A DNA stretch of 64,000 nt from positions 33,542,001 to 33,606,000 of the forward strand of contig OZ024754.1 of NCBI GenBank assembly GCA_964016885.1, in the 5' to 3' direction. This document shows positions 58,855 through 64,000 of the stretch, piece by piece (the stretch's first letter is position 1; each line of letters begins with the position of its first letter). The notes below the pieces were generated by a model. The model ran no database searches. It was not told the DNA's origin and saw only the letters and a program-made list of their open reading frames with translations. The stretch comes from Eledone cirrhosa (lineage: Eukaryota). The position numbers were made by a program, and so were the translations under genes.

Positions 58855-59500
58855 ATCACTACCACTACTACCACTACCACTACTACCACTACTACCACCA
58901 CTACTACCACTACTACTACCACTACCACCACTACCACTATCACTACTACTACTACCACTATTACTACTACTACTACCACTATTACTACCACTACTACCAC
59001 CACTACCACCACTACCACTACCACCACTACTACCACTACCTCTACTACCACCACTACCACTACCACTACCACCACTACTACCACTACCTCTACTACCACT
59101 ACCACTACTACCACTATCCCTACTACCACTACTACCACCATCACAACCACCACTACTACCACCACCACCACTACCACCACTACTACCACTACCACAACCA
59201 CCATTACTACCACCACCACAACTACCACAACTACCACCACAACCACCACCACAACCACCACCACTAACCCCACCACAACCACCGCTACCACCACCACAAC
59301 CACCACCACAACCACCACTACCCCCACCACAACCACCACTACCACCACCACAACCACCATTACTACCACCACCACAACTACCACAACTACCACCACAACC
59401 ACCACCACAACCACCACTACCCCCACCACAACCACCACTACCACCACCACAACTACCACCACAACCACAACCACCACCACTACTACAACTACCGCTACCA
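58855..59500. repeat. (ACC/ACT/ACA)n trinucleotide repeat
   Basis: Direct reading. Confidence 0.95.
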
Positions 59501-59679
59501 ATTAAGTGTGCATACCTTTTCTATTATTTTCTATTTATATTTTGTAAATCCTATTTATTGTATAAGATGAAGAATTGGCAAAGTCTTTAGAATGCCTTAT
59601 GGAATTGGTTTTGGCTCCCTAATCTCTGAGTTCAAGTCCTGGTAAACTTTGCTTTTCATCCTTTCAAGGACAGTAAATA

Positions 59680-59865
59680 TAATTGTTTCTACTTTTGGCA
59701 CAAGGCCAGCAATTATCCCAGTGCATTACTGGTACTTTATTTTATCGACCCTGTAAGGATGAAAGGCAAAGTTAACCTGGGTGGGATTTGAACTCAGAAT
59801 TGCAAGGGCCGTAACTCTATGCGTCAAAGCATAGTGTCCGACCCTCTACCGATACTGCCAATCCA
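59680..59865 (-). mobile_element. Family A SINE
   Basis: Reverse complement of the family A sequence. Confidence 0.85.
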
Positions 59866-60118
59866 CATCCACAGTAACAAAAATTACCAGTCTAATACTG
59901 TGTTTAATTCTTCCTCTATATCTCTTTCTCACTTTCTTTCTCTTGCTCTCCATCTTTCTCTGGAAGAAATCTGCTGTATCCAGATCTGGAGAGGAGATGG
60001 GCTCCACCACGTTTTAACAAAGATGCTCTAGAAATGCCATATATCAATATGGTGCCCCTACAAATCCTCCAGAAATTTACGGATCATGTGTTGATTCTTT
60101 GTCTATGTCTCTCTCTCA

Positions 60119-60176
<58 letters not shown>

Positions 60177-60867
60177 CTATCTCTATCTCTCTCCTTTTCT
60201 CTGTAAGAAATCAGTGGTGTTCAGCGCTGGTTTTCTCATTCAGAGTTAACCCCACCACCACCAACAACAACAAAAACACAAATTATTGTATAATATAAAA
60301 TATATGATTGCGAAAAAAAAAAAATATTAAGGAACTTTCTTTCATTAATCCCCAAAAAATGAATAGCTGAAGGGTTAAAGGGATATAAATTTTGAAATAA
60401 AACCAAAAAATTATTGATCCCAACCTATAAAAATGTTCAGAGCAATTAGGCTGTGCAATACATCAAATTAGGTTGTGCAATATATCAAATTAGGTTGTGC
60501 AATACATCAAATTCAAAGTTGTTTTCCATGCAATAGAGCTTGGAGCAACTTAATTCATACATAATAATTCTAGAATAGCAAGACATTAAATAAAAAAAAA
60601 TAAATATTTCCAAGAGAAATATATATCGGAATTTTACCCCAAAATGGCTGACTGAATATACATATGCTTTTTCTCAAAAATATATTTTTCCATTCATTCC
60701 TCTTCTCACACTTTATCTTTCTATTTCATCTTTTATTTCTCATTCTATCTTCTGATGAAAGATTAGTGTCTGAAACATAGAAACTTTTTTTTTACTATAT
60801 CAAGTATTAAACTGATATATTTCCTCATTGAACTGGCTTATTTGCTTTGTTGTTTCCCTTTACTTTG

Positions 60868-60905
<38 letters not shown>

Positions 60906-61011
60906 TATATATATATATAATTTGGTGTAGATATCCAATACCCTGATCTATGTGGCTCTCACCTGCGCCAGTTCAGTCAAACTCACCACTGCCCTTACAC
61001 AATGTCACTAT

Positions 61012-61600
61012 CTAAAGTGAAACCAGTGTAATATTCACCTCCAAAGTGAAACAGGTGTAATATTCACCCCCAAAGTGAAACAGGTGTAATATTCACCTCC
61101 AAAGTGAAACTGGTGTAATATTCACCTACAAAGTAAAACCAGTGTAATATTCACATCCGAAGTGAAACTGGTGTAATATTCACCTCCAAAGTAAAACAGA
61201 TGTAATATTTACCTCCAAAGTGAAACCAGTGTAATATTCACCTCCAAAGTGAAACTGGTGTAATATTCACCTCCAAAGTGAAACTGGTGTAATATTCACC
61301 TCCAAAGTGAAACCAGTGTAATATTTACCTCCAAAGTGAAACCAGTGTAATATTCACCTGCAAAGTGAAACTGGTGTAATATTCACCTCCAAAGTGAAAC
61401 TGGTGTAATATTCACCTCCAAAGTGAAACTGGTGTAATATTCACTTCCAAAGTGAAACTGGTGTAATATTCACCTCCAAAGTGAAACTGGTGTAATATTC
61501 ACTTCCAAAGTGAAACTGGTGTAATATTCACTTCCAAAGTGAAACTGGTGTAATATTCACCTCCAAAGTGAAACAGGTGTAATATTTACCTCCAAAGTGG
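61012..61600. repeat. 29-bp minisatellite (~20 units)
   Basis: Unit ccaaagtgaaactggtgtaatattcacct, head-to-tail. Confidence 0.95.
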
Positions 61601-61924
61601 AAATATTTTAGCACCTCATTAACATTGAATTTTGAAGTTGGTGAAATTCTACAAAATATTGACCCCTAATATAAGCTGACCCTACCCCCTTCTACCATCG
61701 ATATTTTGTCAGATATTTCTTGGCTTATCTATGAGTATATACGGTAATTCTAGTAAGAATTCCACTACAATTATATATTAAGGTAATCAGAATTGTAACA
61801 GAATTCAATAAAGACTATTTCAAAGAAAACATTTTCACCAATTTGTTTCCTTTGTATGGATAAATGTAATATCTGAAACACAATGTTTATATTATTTATA
61901 CAAGAGATGCACAGTTAAAAAAAG

Positions 61925-61956
<32 letters not shown>

Positions 61957-62469
61957 TATATATATATACATATAAACCCATGCTAGTATGGATGATAGAC
62001 GTTAAACGATGATGACATATATCATCATCATCATTTTACGTCTGCCTTTCCTTGCTTTTGTAGATGGTATAGGATAGAACAAAGGAGACACAAAATAAAA
62101 ACCCAGTCACCGAGGAGGTCATAGAATGTGTGATGAAAGTGGTTTGACAATACATAAACAACCATCTAGTTATCGAACCAATCAACCCACCAGAAATTTA
62201 TAATAAATTGAAGTGAAAACCAACAGATGTGTGTTTTTTTATTGGCAGTATGACCCTTCCAAAATATCACCTTTTTTATTGGCAGTATGACCCTCCCAAA
62301 ATATCACCTTGATCACCTTGACCGACCAGTCTGTCGGTCAAGGTGATCAAGGTGATATTTTGGAAGGGTCATACTGCCAATAATGATTTCTCCCGCTGGT
62401 CACAGCACATGCTGTTTTAGCCATACGATGACGCCATCCCACTGACTGGGCAGGCAGGCTGTAAGTCTA

Positions 62470-62750
62470 AAATCTGTCTTAAGCCAGAAGGCTCATTTGG
62501 CCGGTGCTTATCCCGGTTTCATGGCGTGAAAAGACTGAGAGTAAAAGACTCCGCCCCTGGACAGGACGCCAGTCCATCGCAGGGTTAAACCTCCAGTTAT
62601 TGTTGGTACTCATTTTCAGCTGAGTAAACTAGAGCAACATGAAATAAAGTGTCTTGCTCAAGGAAACAACACATCACCCGGTCCAAGAATTGAACTCACA
62701 ACCTTTCGATTGCAATCCTACTGCTCTAACCACTAAGCCATGCGCCTCCC
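62470..62750 (-). mobile_element. tRNA-derived SINE with a V-domain-like body
   Basis: Minus strand: family B head, then accctgcgatggactggcgtcctgtccagggg. Confidence 0.7.
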
Positions 62751-62954
62751 AAAAATATAACAATATATATATATATATATATATATAAGATCAAAAGATG
62801 GTTAAAAGAGTTCCATGTATTTTATTTCAAAAACAAATATCATCATGGGATGATATTTGCGTTCTCATCAGATAAAATAAGGAGACATGATATGAAGCTT
62901 AAAAAACACTTGCGAGCAGTGAAGTGATAAATCAACATACATATATATATATAT

Positions 62955-63150
62955 AAGTTTATCCCGGGTTCAATCTGGGGTAACCACAGTAATTAAGGTA
63001 CTCAATACAAAGCAGAGTATAGATATTTAATATAGAAAAGGTGTCTACAGGACTAGAACTGTTTCATTCGGGAGAAATCATCAGGAAGCTCTGATGCTTC
63101 CTGATGATTTCTCCCGAATGAAACAGTTCTAGTGCTGTAGAAGCCTTTTC

Positions 63151-63155
<5 letters not shown>
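62955..63155. mobile_element. ORF-less Penelope-type inverted pseudo-LTR remnant with a hammerhead-like core
   Basis: ~60-bp arms 63030-63089 and 63096-63155; CTGATGA...GAAAC at 63101-63124; (TA)n flanks. Confidence 0.6.
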
Positions 63156-63181
<26 letters not shown>

Positions 63182-63627
63182 GTGTGTGTCTGTGTGTGTG
63201 TGTAAAATGCAAACAGAAATAAGGAGTATAGAGTAAATACGATGACTCTTCAGACTTTAACTTTGGAAGGAAACATTACCTTTAGGTGTTTGTGATTTTC
63301 CATGCAACATATTATGGCTGCCGTCTCTGGTAAAATTATTGGCTAATCCATTATTATCAACATCATATTATCTTAAATCTTTTCTCTTTGTTTTCCTATT
63401 GTTTTGTTTTTTTCTTCTAAGTAGCTTAATACCGAAGAGGTCTATTAATTGAAGTCTGTTTTTGCATGTTCAATGGATGTTGCTCTGAAATTTCTGCTAT
63501 GCTATATAAGGCTTCTCTTTCTCATTTCCTTTATTCCATCTTTCCTGCATATCTTAGTTTGTTTTTTCTTTCCTATGAAATATATTTCAATATCTTTCAT
63601 TGGTACCAGTTTTATATATACACACAT

Positions 63628-63715
<88 letters not shown>

Positions 63716-64000
63716 ATACATATACACACACACACATCTTATCTGTTGTCAGCATTTATTGTGACGTCTCTTTTTTTTTTACCATAGATATTTTACATCA
63801 ACTAAACAGAAGGATTGCTTATGTGTTGTGTCAGGGACTCTATGATATAACTACCATAGTACCCATCAAAAATGATGGGGATTATAATAAATCATTTAAA
63901 TCAATTACAATAATTTTCTTCCATATTTTCTTTAATCATTATCAAACATATATGCATTAAATTATGATGATTTCTATTTATTTATCTATATATCTATATA

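Noticed and set aside
61012-61600. CRISPR-like 29-bp partly palindromic repeat
   Set aside because: Head-to-tail with no unique spacers, no cas genes, eukaryotic context
51988-63575. Minus-strand splice donors at ~51988, 57249, 58276 and 63278
   Set aside because: Adjacent frames are short or stopped and no coherent coding chain emerged; a non-coding or UTR transcript is not excluded

Overview
Repeat-saturated animal genomic DNA. The SINE, microsatellite and retroelement mix looks cephalopod, probably Octopus (inference, no database search). It contains: a near full-length L1/Tx1-clade LINE (zinc-knuckle ORF1, APE-RT ORF2) with a second 3' fragment, both ending in (CTAT)n; a 5'-truncated Naiad-type Penelope-like element with inverted pseudo-LTRs carrying minimal hammerhead ribozyme motifs, plus an older Naiad fragment; ORF-less hammerhead-bearing hairpins; Dong/R4-like RLE fragments in (TAA)n; RTE fragments; a DD37D maT transposase relic; two non-autonomous Helitrons; piggyBac-like MITEs; many tRNA-derived SINEs; and large micro/minisatellite arrays. 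A chain of short, mostly phase-compatible candidate exons on the + strand (10.4-40.4 kb) suggests an unidentified host gene. Main leads: a UGA at a conserved Cys of the Naiad endonuclease (possible Sec, but the copy is decaying), a U3-A8 hammerhead variant in a near-perfect 125-bp hairpin, a covarying 3' stem-loop in Tx1 ends, a Tx1 ORF2 without a usable AUG, and a homogenised inverted RTE pair flanking a candidate exon. Most long ORFs in the track are simple-repeat artefacts.
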